Virus record (IMG/VR): IMGVR_UViG_3300020473_002200
Coordinates: 64,001 to 128,000 of that record
Length of the DNA: 64,000 nucleotides
Direction: 5' to 3' (one strand)
From: a virus
The translations under genes and the position numbers were made by a program. Shown in pieces: positions 48,757 to 57,987 of the stretch (the stretch's first letter is position 1; every line of letters starts with the position of its first letter). The notes beneath the pieces were generated by a model. It was given only the letters and a program-made list of their open reading frames with translations, did not search any database and had not been told where the DNA came from.

Positions 48757-49359
48757 ATGAAGTGGATGACTAAAATATCACCGTTAATAAAAGAAGTAGA
48801 AATGCGTCATAACCCCGTAATAGTCAGGGTTAATAAATTCGATGAGGATGCTGCGAAAAAATTTGATCAAGAAATTGCGCGAGCGCACAATACGGGACAA
48901 AAGGTAATTCCCGTAGTTATTGATTCTTATGGCGGTCAAGTCTATAGCTTGATGTCAATGATATCAGCAATTAAACACTCTGAGCTTCCGATTGCCACGA
49001 TAGTCGAGGGTAAAGCGATGAGCTGCGGCGCTGTTTTATTTTCATTTGGGGAAGAGGGTCTCCGATTTATGGACCCAAATGCAACGGTTATGATTCATGA
49101 TGTTTCATCCATGGATTGGGGTAAGGTAGAGGAGCTTAAAGCTGGTGCGAAGGAAGCCGATCGCTTAAATACTAAAATATACACCATGATGGCAAGAAAT
49201 TGCGGAAAAAAAGATGATTATTTTATGAAGATTGTTGATAAGAAAAAGCATGCAGATTGGTTTCTTGATGCAGAAGAAGCAAAGAAACATGGGATGGCTA
49301 ATCAGCTAAGGATTCCAAAGATAACAATAGACGTTTCAGTCGAAATAGAATTAGAATAA
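48757..49359 (+). CDS. clpP: ClpP-like protease proteolytic subunit
   Basis: IDSYGGQV, AMSCG (Ser), MIHD (His), DWFLDAEEA (Asp region). Confidence 0.88.
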   Translation: MKWMTKISPLIKEVEMRHNPVIVRVNKFDEDAAKKFDQEIARAHNTGQKVIPVVIDSYGGQVYSLMSMISAIKHSELPIATIVEGKAMSCGAVLFSFGEEGLRFMDPNATVMIHDVSSMDWGKVEELKAGAKEADRLNTKIYTMMARNCGKKDDYFMKIVDKKKHADWFLDAEEAKKHGMANQLRIPKITIDVSVEIELE

Positions 49360-49385
49360 ACATAGATTTCTCCATATTTAAAAGC

Positions 49386-49610
49386 ATGGGGAAATATGAT
49401 CATTTAGAGACGCTCCGACAGAAACTTGCTTCTCGAGCAAGGGGTAAGAAGGTTAGCTCTGCTTTGGTTTCTCTTTGGTTGAAGTTTGATGAATGTTTAG
49501 ACAAGTATAAGCCGAGTTGTAAAGAGAATGATGCTGTCATTCGTGAGTTGAGAGAAATTCAGGCTTCAATAAAAGAAACCATAAATGGCGGAGCCGAAGA
49601 TAATGTCTGA
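49386..49610 (+). CDS. Hypothetical protein
   Basis: 74-aa ORF preceded by ATATTTA. Confidence 0.45.
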   Translation: MGKYDHLETLRQKLASRARGKKVSSALVSLWLKFDECLDKYKPSCKENDAVIRELREIQASIKETINGGAEDNV

Positions 49611-49923
49611 GAACGGATGGGCCGAATACTCAAAACTAGTGCTAAAAGAGTTAGAAACTCTTTCAACAGGAATCGAATCACTTAAGGACGAAGTGCATGA
49701 TCTTAAACAAGATATTGCGCTTTTACGAGACAGGGAAGATAGAGTAACTGAGCTAAGGCAATGGAAAGAAAAAGTTGATGAAGTAGTGTCTCCCACCCAA
49801 CTTCAAACACTGGCTAATGATGTCGAAAGCCTAAAACATTTTAAAACCAAGTCGATCACTATTTTTGCCGTCGCTCAAGCTGCCATGGCAATATTTGCTT
49901 GGGCTATAAATTTTATTAAATAA
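49603..49923 (+). CDS. Coiled-coil protein with one C-terminal transmembrane helix (possibly lysis/holin-like)
   Basis: Heptad-rich body and hydrophobic ITIFAVAQAAMAIFAWAINFIK; GGAG SD fits ATG 49603 (longer start at 49585 possible). Confidence 0.45.
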   Translation: MSENGWAEYSKLVLKELETLSTGIESLKDEVHDLKQDIALLRDREDRVTELRQWKEKVDEVVSPTQLQTLANDVESLKHFKTKSITIFAVAQAAMAIFAWAINFIK

Positions 49924-49994
49924 TTTTTAAAAAAACTAAAAAAATAGCTATAATTTATTCATGAATCATTATATTTCATGGAGACATTTGACCT

Positions 49995-50801
49995 ATGCCT
50001 GAGGGACCAGAGTGCAGAAAATATGCCCTTTTTTTAGGTGATTATATCGGTGGTGACACACTAGAAAGCATTAATATAGTGTCTGGTAGGTATTCTAAAA
50101 AAGAATTACCAGGCTTAGAGGATTTTAAAAAAAAGCTACCATTACAAATCCAGGGTGTTGGGGTGCATGGTAAATTTATCTATTTCATCTTTCAAGACAA
50201 AAGCAGTCTTTGGTCGACCCTAGGAATGACCGGTGCTTGGGAAAAGTCAAGCTCAAATCACACACGGGTATCTTTAAGATTCTCAAATGGAAAAATAGCG
50301 TATTTCAATGATATGAGAAATTTTGGGACTATTAAGTTTTCTTTTGATCCAAAACAACTGGCAATGAAATTAGCTTCATTTGGCCCGGATATGCTGGCCG
50401 ATGATATTAGTAACGAGGTATTTCTTTCTTCTTTAAGAAAAAAAGACGATCTTAATATAACTAAAGCGCTACTAGATCAAACAGTTGTCGCCGGTGTAGG
50501 GAACTATATAAAGGCAGAGTCTCTTTATCTTGCAAGAATAAGCCCGTTTAGAAAAGTAAGAGACCTATCAGATGCGAATTTAAAAATATTAAATAAATCA
50601 ATAAAATCTGTAATGAGGGAATCGTTTCAAACAGGCGGTACGACGATAAATTCGTATAAAGATTTTTATGGTGAAATTGGTGATAACAATTCTCGTTTTT
50701 TAGTTTATAATCAAGATAGTGATCCAGATGGAAATCCTGTCAAAAAAGAAAAGACACCAGATGGCAGAACAACGCACTGGGTACCAGAAGTTCAGGGGTA
50801 A
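49995..50801 (+). CDS. Fpg/Nei DNA glycosylase-lyase (zincless-finger type)
   Basis: N-terminal MPEGPE, GKFI, LGMTG, F.D.R.FG, LGPD-like FGPD, LLDQ..VAGVGNYIK.E.L; C-terminal GRTTHWVPEVQ without Cys. Confidence 0.9.
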   Translation: MPEGPECRKYALFLGDYIGGDTLESINIVSGRYSKKELPGLEDFKKKLPLQIQGVGVHGKFIYFIFQDKSSLWSTLGMTGAWEKSSSNHTRVSLRFSNGKIAYFNDMRNFGTIKFSFDPKQLAMKLASFGPDMLADDISNEVFLSSLRKKDDLNITKALLDQTVVAGVGNYIKAESLYLARISPFRKVRDLSDANLKILNKSIKSVMRESFQTGGTTINSYKDFYGEIGDNNSRFLVYNQDSDPDGNPVKKEKTPDGRTTHWVPEVQG

Positions 50802-50804
50802 AAT

Positions 50805-51038
50805 ATGAAAGAGTTTAATTTTAGCGATGATGTAATCGTCTACATATGCAAGGCGTTGCAAATCGCAATGATTACAGGTACAGATATTGTTGACAACTTA
50901 AGAATGATGAAATTAGTTGAAGGTGAATCAGGTACTCTAGAGGCCACAGAAGAGTTTAAGGCGCAATTTGAATCCAACATAGAAAAGATGATGGAGGAAA
51001 TTGAAAAATCCAACAATTTAGACGAGACACCAGCATAA
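50805..51038 (+). CDS. Small acidic hypothetical protein
   Basis: 77-aa ORF directly after Fpg/Nei. Confidence 0.55.
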   Translation: MKEFNFSDDVIVYICKALQIAMITGTDIVDNLRMMKLVEGESGTLEATEEFKAQFESNIEKMMEEIEKSNNLDETPA

Positions 51039-51057
51039 CATTTTAATATTTATCTTT

Positions 51058-51744
51058 GTGAGCTACAAAGAAAAAATAAAGCAAAGACAAATTTTAAGAG
51101 AACTTCGTAAAGCGAAGGCTGAGCTGTCAATGCTTTCATCATATCTGCTAGAATGTGAAGACGCCTTAACTGAATATTCATTAGAGTGGAGCTCTGATTT
51201 AAAGTTTATACTTGAGCACTTGTCACCCAAGACAGAGCCGACCTCCAATGAAAAAGAAGAGAAACAGACCTTAGGCGGAAATTCGTTTCATCATTATAAA
51301 GATGAGAAAAAATTAGACGAAGTAGAATTAAAGCCGAATACGCCAGAGTGGGCCAAGAAAGCATTTCGAAAAATTGCGTTAAAAACACATCCTGACAAAG
51401 TTAGAGATCAGCCGAATGCAAAAGAGCTGGAAGATTTATACGCAAAAGCAAACGAAGCTGTTTTCGAAGAAAACTATGATATGCTTTTAGAAATATGTAA
51501 TCTGTTATCAATAGAAAATAATTTAGATCCAGAATTAGAGCTGAAATATAATGAGAAAAGAAGAACTTCGATTAAAGAAGAACTGCAGAAAATAACAGAG
51601 TCTTTGCCTTGGGTGTGGTGCGAATCATATGACAATCCCGCGATAAGAGAGGGTTTGTTATTATCAGTACTACCACATTATGGCATAAATAATTTAACAA
51701 AAGAAGATGTCTCTGATATCCTGGAAAAGCTTTTATCACGATAA
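51058..51744 (+). CDS. J-domain (DnaJ-like) protein
   Basis: KKAFRKIALKTHPDKV with an intact HPD motif, followed by ...ANEA; GTG start. Confidence 0.75.
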   Translation: MSYKEKIKQRQILRELRKAKAELSMLSSYLLECEDALTEYSLEWSSDLKFILEHLSPKTEPTSNEKEEKQTLGGNSFHHYKDEKKLDEVELKPNTPEWAKKAFRKIALKTHPDKVRDQPNAKELEDLYAKANEAVFEENYDMLLEICNLLSIENNLDPELELKYNEKRRTSIKEELQKITESLPWVWCESYDNPAIREGLLLSVLPHYGINNLTKEDVSDILEKLLSR

Positions 51745-51799
51745 GCTGTAAAATCTCCATTTTTTATTAAAATAAAATTTTAGAAACTAGGAGTGCTAT

Positions 51800-52174
51800 A
51801 TGGCTGATCGGCTAGAGAAGATTTTTAATTTGCGCGGATCCTTTATGAAATTAATCTCAGAAAAAGTTTCAGGAGCATATCCGGAGTGGCCTGTAAATTT
51901 ACAAGACAAAAGATCTCAAAAGGCTTTAAGGGAAATTACATTTCGTAGTGTAGAAGAACTATTCGAGGCCTTATTACATCTCAAGAACTGGAAAGATCAC
52001 AGAGCGTCTAAAGATCAATTTGATCGAGAAGAATATCTTGAGGAAATGATTGACGCATTTAATTACTTTTTGGCTATTTTGGTGTTAACAGGTGTAGATG
52101 CGGATGAATTTTTTGAAGCATATAATCGAAAACATGAGATAATAGTTGATAGATTGTCAGAGATTAAGTCTTAA
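51800..52174 (+). CDS. All-alpha NTP pyrophosphatase (dimeric dUTPase / T4 gp56 dCTPase-like)
   Basis: EELFEAL..LKNWK.H and REEYLEEMIDAFNYFL (EExxE...EExxD) motifs; AGGAG SD. Confidence 0.8.
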   Translation: MADRLEKIFNLRGSFMKLISEKVSGAYPEWPVNLQDKRSQKALREITFRSVEELFEALLHLKNWKDHRASKDQFDREEYLEEMIDAFNYFLAILVLTGVDADEFFEAYNRKHEIIVDRLSEIKS

Positions 52175-52179
52175 AAAAA

Positions 52180-52208
52180 CTGAATAATTGCAATAATCCT
52201 ATTATAAT
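52180..52208 (+). promoter_or_regulatory. Sigma70-like promoter CTGAAT-N17-TATAAT upstream of dnaE
   Basis: -35 at 52180-52185, -10 at 52203-52208; same form as the 41791 promoter. Confidence 0.45.
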
Positions 52209-52253
52209 ATTCTTATCATAAATCAGCAATAAGATACAATTATAGGAAAATAA

Positions 52254-55200
52254 ATGATTAAATCTCCTAAGCGATTTACTTCTCTACATGCGCACGATGG
52301 CTTTTCAACTTTTGACGGATTAGGCTATCCCCAGGAACATATAGATTTTGTTCTAGAAAATGGTATGGATAGCTACTGTCTTACAAATCATGGCCATATG
52401 AACTCTTTTGGACATGCTTATTTACATGCGGAAAAAATTCGTAAACGTAACCCAGGTTTTAAATTTATCCCTGGTTGCGAGATGTATGTTCATCCCGATT
52501 TGCAGGTATGGGAATTAGATCGTCAAATTAGACAAGCTGCGAAAAAAGGTGATAAGGATGCCATCGCAGTGCTAAAAGCTCAACGTGAAGCAATAGCGAC
52601 ACCATTGACTGCTGTTGTAGATGGTGATGATGAAATTGTAGATATTACCACCGAAGAAGCCGGCTTGACAGTGGAGAATGAAGAAGAAACAAAGTCTGCG
52701 AAGTTTTATGATCCTATTAAGAGACGTCATCATTTAGTAGTGCTGCCAAAAACCAGTGAAGGACTACAACGATTATTTCACCTTGTTAGTAGGGGCTATA
52801 GGGAGGGGTTTTATCGTTTCCCAAGAGTAGACTATAAAATGCTACAAGAAGCCGCAGAGGGTGGTCACCTAATGGTTTCGACAGCATGTATTGGTGGCCC
52901 AATAGCGTATGAGGTATTTAGACACGCCCAACAAGTTGAGTTTGACGACCTAAGCCATAAGCTGCTTGACGATTCTTCATTTTATGAAAAGGTAATGACC
53001 GGTGTTGGAAATGCTTATCAAGGACTAGTTGATTCTGTCGGTATCAATGATGTAATGCTTGAGCTACAATTTAATAAGCTACCCGCACAGCACCTGGTGA
53101 ATAGAGCGATAATAGAGTTTGCAAATAGCCAGGGTATTACCGATAAATTGGTCGTTACGACTGATTCACATTATGCACGACCAGAGCACTGGCGTGAGCG
53201 TGAGCTTTATAAAAAGCTTGGGTGGCTTAATTATCGTGAGTTTGATCCATCAAAATTACCTCAATCTAAAGAAGACTTAAAGTGTGAGCTTTATCCAAAA
53301 AATGCAGAGCAAGTTTGGGACACATATCTTGAGACGACTGAAGGTATGGATTTTTATAATCACGAAGCCATCCGCGATGCAATAGAAAGACCTCACGATA
53401 TTGTACATCAGGAAATTGGAGAAATCCACCCTGACAGAAGTATGAAGCTACCTTCGTATGTTGTACCTAAGGGTATGACTGACGATAAGGCTCTTTTAGA
53501 AGCATGTAAAAAGGGGCTTATAGCTAGGGGTTTGGCGGATGATCCAAAATACGTTGAAAGAATAAAGCACGAATTAAAAATTATTAAAGACAAGAATTTC
53601 TCTCGCTACTTTTTAACGATGGAAGCTATTATTGAAATTGCTAAAAAGGCAATGCTCGTAGGACCGGGTCGAGGCTCTGCAGCAGGAAGTCTTGTTGCGT
53701 ACGTTCTTAGGTTAACTGATGTTGATCCATTCGAGTATGATCTTATGTTTGGTCGGTTTTTAAATCCATCTCGCGAGGGCGCGCCAGATATCGATACCGA
53801 TGTTGGCGATCGAGATCTACTCATTAATATGATGAAAGACAAGTGGGGTGATGAAAACATCGTTCCAATTTCTAACTACAATACATTTAAGCTTAAGTCT
53901 CTTGTCAAGGATATTTCTCGTTTTTATGGGATTCCATTTAACGAGGTGAATAAGGCTTTGGCTCCTGTTGAGGATGATGTAAAGAAAGCAGTCTTTAAGC
54001 AAGGGACTGACAAAAATCTATTTGTGTTACTTTACGAAGACGCCATCGCTCATTCTAAGACGTTTAGGGAATTCATCGAAAAGTACCCAGAAGTCGCCGA
54101 CCCTATCCAGGTTTTATTTAAGCAAAATAAAGCCTTGGGTCGACATGCAGGTGGCTGTATAGTAGCAGAAGACATTGCTGAAAGAATGCCTCTTATTAAG
54201 GCTCGTGGTGAACTACAGACGCCATGGGCTGAGGGTATGAATTATAAGCATCTTGAAACGTTTGGCTGGATTAAATTTGATCTACTTGGTCTGGAAACTC
54301 TTCGTATAATTCAACGCACAATTGAATTAATTTTGCAGCGTAAGGAAGGAATTGAAAACCCAACATTTGATCAAGTATATGAGTGGTTCAATTCTAATAT
54401 GGATCCTAAAGTTTTAGATATGGATGATCAACATGTCTATGAACATGTCTATGCAAAGGGTCGTTGGGCCGGCATATTTCAGTTGGCAGGTAGAGGTGCT
54501 CAGAATTTATTTAAGAAAGCTAAGCCAAAAAGTATCGTCGATATTGCTACGCTAACTTCGATATATCGTCCAGGTCCCTTAACAGCGAAAGTAGATAAGC
54601 TCTATATAAATGCCAAGAATAATCCGGATGATATTGATTATGGTCACCCTCTTATTAAAGAGGTTTTAGAAGAGACATACGGATTGATTGTGTTCCAGGA
54701 ACAGATTATGAAGTTATGCTCTGTGGTGGCTGGTTTCCCTGAGGAGGAAACAGACACAGTGCGCCGTAATATTATGAAGCGAAAAGCTTCCGAAGCCGCA
54801 GAGTCACTTGCTAAGGCTCGAGCAATTAAAGAGCAATTTGTCGCTGGATCTGTAAAGAATGGTGTTGATAGACAATTAGCTGATGATCTTTACGAAAAGA
54901 TTTTATTCTTCGCAGGTTACGGTTTTAATAAGTCACACGCTGTTTGTTATGCGATTGATTCTTACTACTGTGCTTGGCTACTAACATATTTCGAGGAAGA
55001 GTGGTTGTGCGCCTATCTTGAGTCAATGTCAGGTAATGATAAGAAGCGAGCAAAGGCTTTTTCGGAAGTCAAGGCGCTAGGATACACTATCGTACCTATT
55101 GACATTAACTACGCTACAAAATCGTGGACTATTTTAGAAGGTAAGAAGTTTATGCCTTCATTCCTTTCTTGCAAGGGTGTTGGCGAAGCCGCGATTGATG

Positions 55201-55856
55201 AGATATTGGCCAATAGACCATATTCAGACATTGATGATCTTTTATGGAATGAAGATGGTAAATGGAAGCACTCTAAGTTTAATAAAAGAGCGATGCAAGC
55301 GCTAATCGCGATTAAGGCGTTTGGGTCTATGAAGTGCGTTGGTAAAGATTCAATATTCGAAAGTTATAAGCATATGAATGAAGTTGTAATTGCCAACAAT
55401 ACAGAGGTTAAAAAGTGGACCAAGAAAGATCCAACACGAGGACAAGATGCGTTTAAGCGTATTTTGCTTGAGACTTCTGGGGAGGGTGAGTGGTCTAGAC
55501 ATGAGCAGGTACAAAATAGCGTGGCTCACCTAGGATCTTTTAACGTATCTACGCTAATATCACCAGAAGTGATTCAAAGACTGGACGATAAAGACATTAA
55601 TGTGATTGACGACTACAATGGTGTTGATTTACATTGGTTTCTCGTAATGGATGTGAAAGAAAAGTTGACTAAAAATAAAAAGCCATATCTGCTACTAACT
55701 GTTGCAGGAACCTCGGGCCAGCAATTTAGGATTTTTTGTTGGAGTTGGGATGGAAAGACGGAAATGCCAAAGTATAGTTTGTGTGTTGGTGAGTTGAATA
55801 AAAATGATTATGGATTTCAAACTTCTATGAGAAAAATCAAGGTACTTAAAGTATAA
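52254..55856 (+). CDS. dnaE: DNA polymerase III alpha subunit (family C, DnaE)
   Basis: PHP domain (HAHDGFSTFDG, TNHG, GCEMY, TDSHY), GPGRGSAAGSLVAY, PDIDTD catalytic motif, KFDLLGL, YRPGP, YGFNKSHA. Confidence 0.96.
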   Translation: MIKSPKRFTSLHAHDGFSTFDGLGYPQEHIDFVLENGMDSYCLTNHGHMNSFGHAYLHAEKIRKRNPGFKFIPGCEMYVHPDLQVWELDRQIRQAAKKGDKDAIAVLKAQREAIATPLTAVVDGDDEIVDITTEEAGLTVENEEETKSAKFYDPIKRRHHLVVLPKTSEGLQRLFHLVSRGYREGFYRFPRVDYKMLQEAAEGGHLMVSTACIGGPIAYEVFRHAQQVEFDDLSHKLLDDSSFYEKVMTGVGNAYQGLVDSVGINDVMLELQFNKLPAQHLVNRAIIEFANSQGITDKLVVTTDSHYARPEHWRERELYKKLGWLNYREFDPSKLPQSKEDLKCELYPKNAEQVWDTYLETTEGMDFYNHEAIRDAIERPHDIVHQEIGEIHPDRSMKLPSYVVPKGMTDDKALLEACKKGLIARGLADDPKYVERIKHELKIIKDKNFSRYFLTMEAIIEIAKKAMLVGPGRGSAAGSLVAYVLRLTDVDPFEYDLMFGRFLNPSREGAPDIDTDVGDRDLLINMMKDKWGDENIVPISNYNTFKLKSLVKDISRFYGIPFNEVNKALAPVEDDVKKAVFKQGTDKNLFVLLYEDAIAHSKTFREFIEKYPEVADPIQVLFKQNKALGRHAGGCIVAEDIAERMPLIKARGELQTPWAEGMNYKHLETFGWIKFDLLGLETLRIIQRTIELILQRKEGIENPTFDQVYEWFNSNMDPKVLDMDDQHVYEHVYAKGRWAGIFQLAGRGAQNLFKKAKPKSIVDIATLTSIYRPGPLTAKVDKLYINAKNNPDDIDYGHPLIKEVLEETYGLIVFQEQIMKLCSVVAGFPEEETDTVRRNIMKRKASEAAESLAKARAIKEQFVAGSVKNGVDRQLADDLYEKILFFAGYGFNKSHAVCYAIDSYYCAWLLTYFEEEWLCAYLESMSGNDKKRAKAFSEVKALGYTIVPIDINYATKSWTILEGKKFMPSFLSCKGVGEAAIDEILANRPYSDIDDLLWNEDGKWKHSKFNKRAMQALIAIKAFGSMKCVGKDSIFESYKHMNEVVIANNTEVKKWTKKDPTRGQDAFKRILLETSGEGEWSRHEQVQNSVAHLGSFNVSTLISPEVIQRLDDKDINVIDDYNGVDLHWFLVMDVKEKLTKNKKPYLLLTVAGTSGQQFRIFCWSWDGKTEMPKYSLCVGELNKNDYGFQTSMRKIKVLKV

Positions 55857-55862
55857 TAAATT

Positions 55863-56888
55863 ATGAGAAAATTTAAGAATTTTACTGACTGCTATCTATC
55901 TCTAATTAGAGAGGTCTATGACGATTATGAGTATGAATCATCTCCTAGGGGCCAGAAGATAAGAGAAAAACTGGGGGTTTCTTTTACAATAGAGGATCCT
56001 AGACATAGATACCCTTTTGTGTGGGGCAGAAATTTTAGCCCGACATATCTTGCAGCTGAGATGATCTGGTATTTATCTGGTAACAATGCTACAGAGTGGA
56101 TATCAAATTATTCAAAGTTCTGGTCCAATATTAGTGATGATGGAAAGACCGCTAATTCCGCTTATGGCGCTAGGATATTCCACACAAACCCTATTATCGC
56201 GGGAGGAAGGCTAAATCAGTGGGAATTTGTAAAAGGTGAATTAACAAGAGACCCGGATTCGAGAAGGGCAATCATTCATTTAAGGACTCCTGATGATAGT
56301 GTCGATGCAAAGCTGGATGTACCATGTACACTAAGTCTTCAATTCTTCATAAGAGATGCGCAGCTTCATATGATTGTTAATATGAGGAGTTCTGATCTTA
56401 TTTTTGGGATTGCTTATGATATTCCGGCTTTTACTTTTTTTCAAGAGATGCTTGCTCTAGAGCTAGGAGTTGAATTAGGGACTTATACGCACTGCAGTAA
56501 TTCTCTGCACATTTATGAAAGACACTTTAAGATGTGTAGAACAATTTTAACAGATCGAGGAGAACATGAGTCAATAATGGCTTTAGTACGCAATGGGGCT
56601 ATGCCAAAACTCAAGCATACCGACTTTTTGAACGGCAAGAAAGAAGAGTGGTTACAAAAGATCTTAGCATTTGAGAAAAAATTAAGATCATCCAATACAG
56701 AAATTGAATTAGATGAATTATTGCGAAACATATATCAAGGTGAGAATAAAAACATTTGGACAGATTTTGCGAGTCTGCTAGCTTATCATCGAGCAAAGAA
56801 GCTAGGTATCAACAGACAAATTTTAGAAAAGATAGACTTTGATTATTCTGGTTACGAAGTTGATTTAAGGAGAAGAAATGAAGTATGA
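55863..56888 (+). CDS. Thymidylate synthase-fold enzyme with dCMP-type specificity (dCMP hydroxymethylase gp42-like)
   Basis: AAEMIWYLSG, SAYGAR, DSRRA, catalytic DVPC155T, RSSDLIFGIAYD186 (Asp where dUMP-specific ThyA has Asn), SLHIYERH. Confidence 0.82.
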   Translation: MRKFKNFTDCYLSLIREVYDDYEYESSPRGQKIREKLGVSFTIEDPRHRYPFVWGRNFSPTYLAAEMIWYLSGNNATEWISNYSKFWSNISDDGKTANSAYGARIFHTNPIIAGGRLNQWEFVKGELTRDPDSRRAIIHLRTPDDSVDAKLDVPCTLSLQFFIRDAQLHMIVNMRSSDLIFGIAYDIPAFTFFQEMLALELGVELGTYTHCSNSLHIYERHFKMCRTILTDRGEHESIMALVRNGAMPKLKHTDFLNGKKEEWLQKILAFEKKLRSSNTEIELDELLRNIYQGENKNIWTDFASLLAYHRAKKLGINRQILEKIDFDYSGYEVDLRRRNEV

Positions 56889-57987
56889 TTATTTAATTGT
56901 GGGTGCCGGTATGTTCGGAGCTACATTCGCTAGAGAAATGTTAGATGCCGGTAAAACTGTTTTGGTATTAGACAAAAGAGAGCATATCGGTGGAAATTGC
57001 TACTCAGAAAGAAGAGAAGGTGTTGATGTTCATGTATACGGGCCTCATATTTTTCACACAAACAATGAAAAAATCTGGAATTTTGTAAATCGATTTGCAA
57101 CGTTCAATCAATATATCAATAAGCCTAAGGTCAATTTCCGTGGAAATATTTACTCATTTCCTATAAATTTAATGACTCTACACCAGCTTTGGGGAGTGAC
57201 AACACCCGCTGAGGCAGAGGCTAAATTACAAGAAGTCAGAATTCCTTGCGAGAACCCACAAAATTTAGAGGAATGGATTTTATCACAAGTTGGTAGAGAA
57301 GTTTATGAGACCTTTATCAAGGGCTATACTATGAAGCAATGGAAGCGGCACCCAAGCGAGTTGCCCGCTTCTATCATTAAACGCTTACCAATTCGTTTAA
57401 TCTTTGAAGAAAACTATTTCTTTGATAAATTCCAGGGTATTCCAAAAAACGGATATACGAAAATGATTGGCAATATGCTTGAAGGCGCAGATGTCCGGAC
57501 AGGCGTTGATTATCTAGAAGATAGAGAAACCTGGGATAGCATGGCCAATAAGACTGTATTTACCGGTAAGATTGACGAGTTTTTTGATTATGAGCATGGC
57601 TATCTAGAGTATAGATCATTACGCTTCGAGCATGAAGTTCACGATGGCGACTTTCAAGGAAACGCAGTCGTAAATTATACTGATTATGAAGTACCTTATA
57701 CTAGGATAGTGGAGCATAAACATTTTCAACCACAAGAGGCTGCGAGTCTTGAAAAGACGATAGTGACGAAAGAGTATCCGCAGGATTGGTCACCAAGTAA
57801 GGTACCGTACTATCCTGTAAATGATAAAAAGAACAGTGAGGTTTTTAAGAAGTATTCTGTTCTTGCTAGAAATAGTGATATAATATTTGGAGGTAGATTA
57901 GCTGAATATCGTTATTACGATATGCACCAAGTAATTGGTTCAGCTTTGCAAAAGGCAAAAAAAGAATTAAGGAATAATGGAGAATAA
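56878..57987 (+). CDS. glf: UDP-galactopyranose mutase
   Basis: FAD motif IVGAGMFG, HIGGNCY, YGPHIFHT, F...FQGIP..GY, TRIVEHKHF, PYYP, GRLAEYRYYDMHQVI. Confidence 0.95.
   Translation: MKYDYLIVGAGMFGATFAREMLDAGKTVLVLDKREHIGGNCYSERREGVDVHVYGPHIFHTNNEKIWNFVNRFATFNQYINKPKVNFRGNIYSFPINLMTLHQLWGVTTPAEAEAKLQEVRIPCENPQNLEEWILSQVGREVYETFIKGYTMKQWKRHPSELPASIIKRLPIRLIFEENYFFDKFQGIPKNGYTKMIGNMLEGADVRTGVDYLEDRETWDSMANKTVFTGKIDEFFDYEHGYLEYRSLRFEHEVHDGDFQGNAVVNYTDYEVPYTRIVEHKHFQPQEAASLEKTIVTKEYPQDWSPSKVPYYPVNDKKNSEVFKKYSVLARNSDIIFGGRLAEYRYYDMHQVIGSALQKAKKELRNNGE

Noticed and set aside
55863-56888. Canonical thymidylate synthase (thyA)
   Set aside because: It has Asp at the Asn177-equivalent position and Thr after the catalytic Cys, as in dCMP-modifying enzymes.
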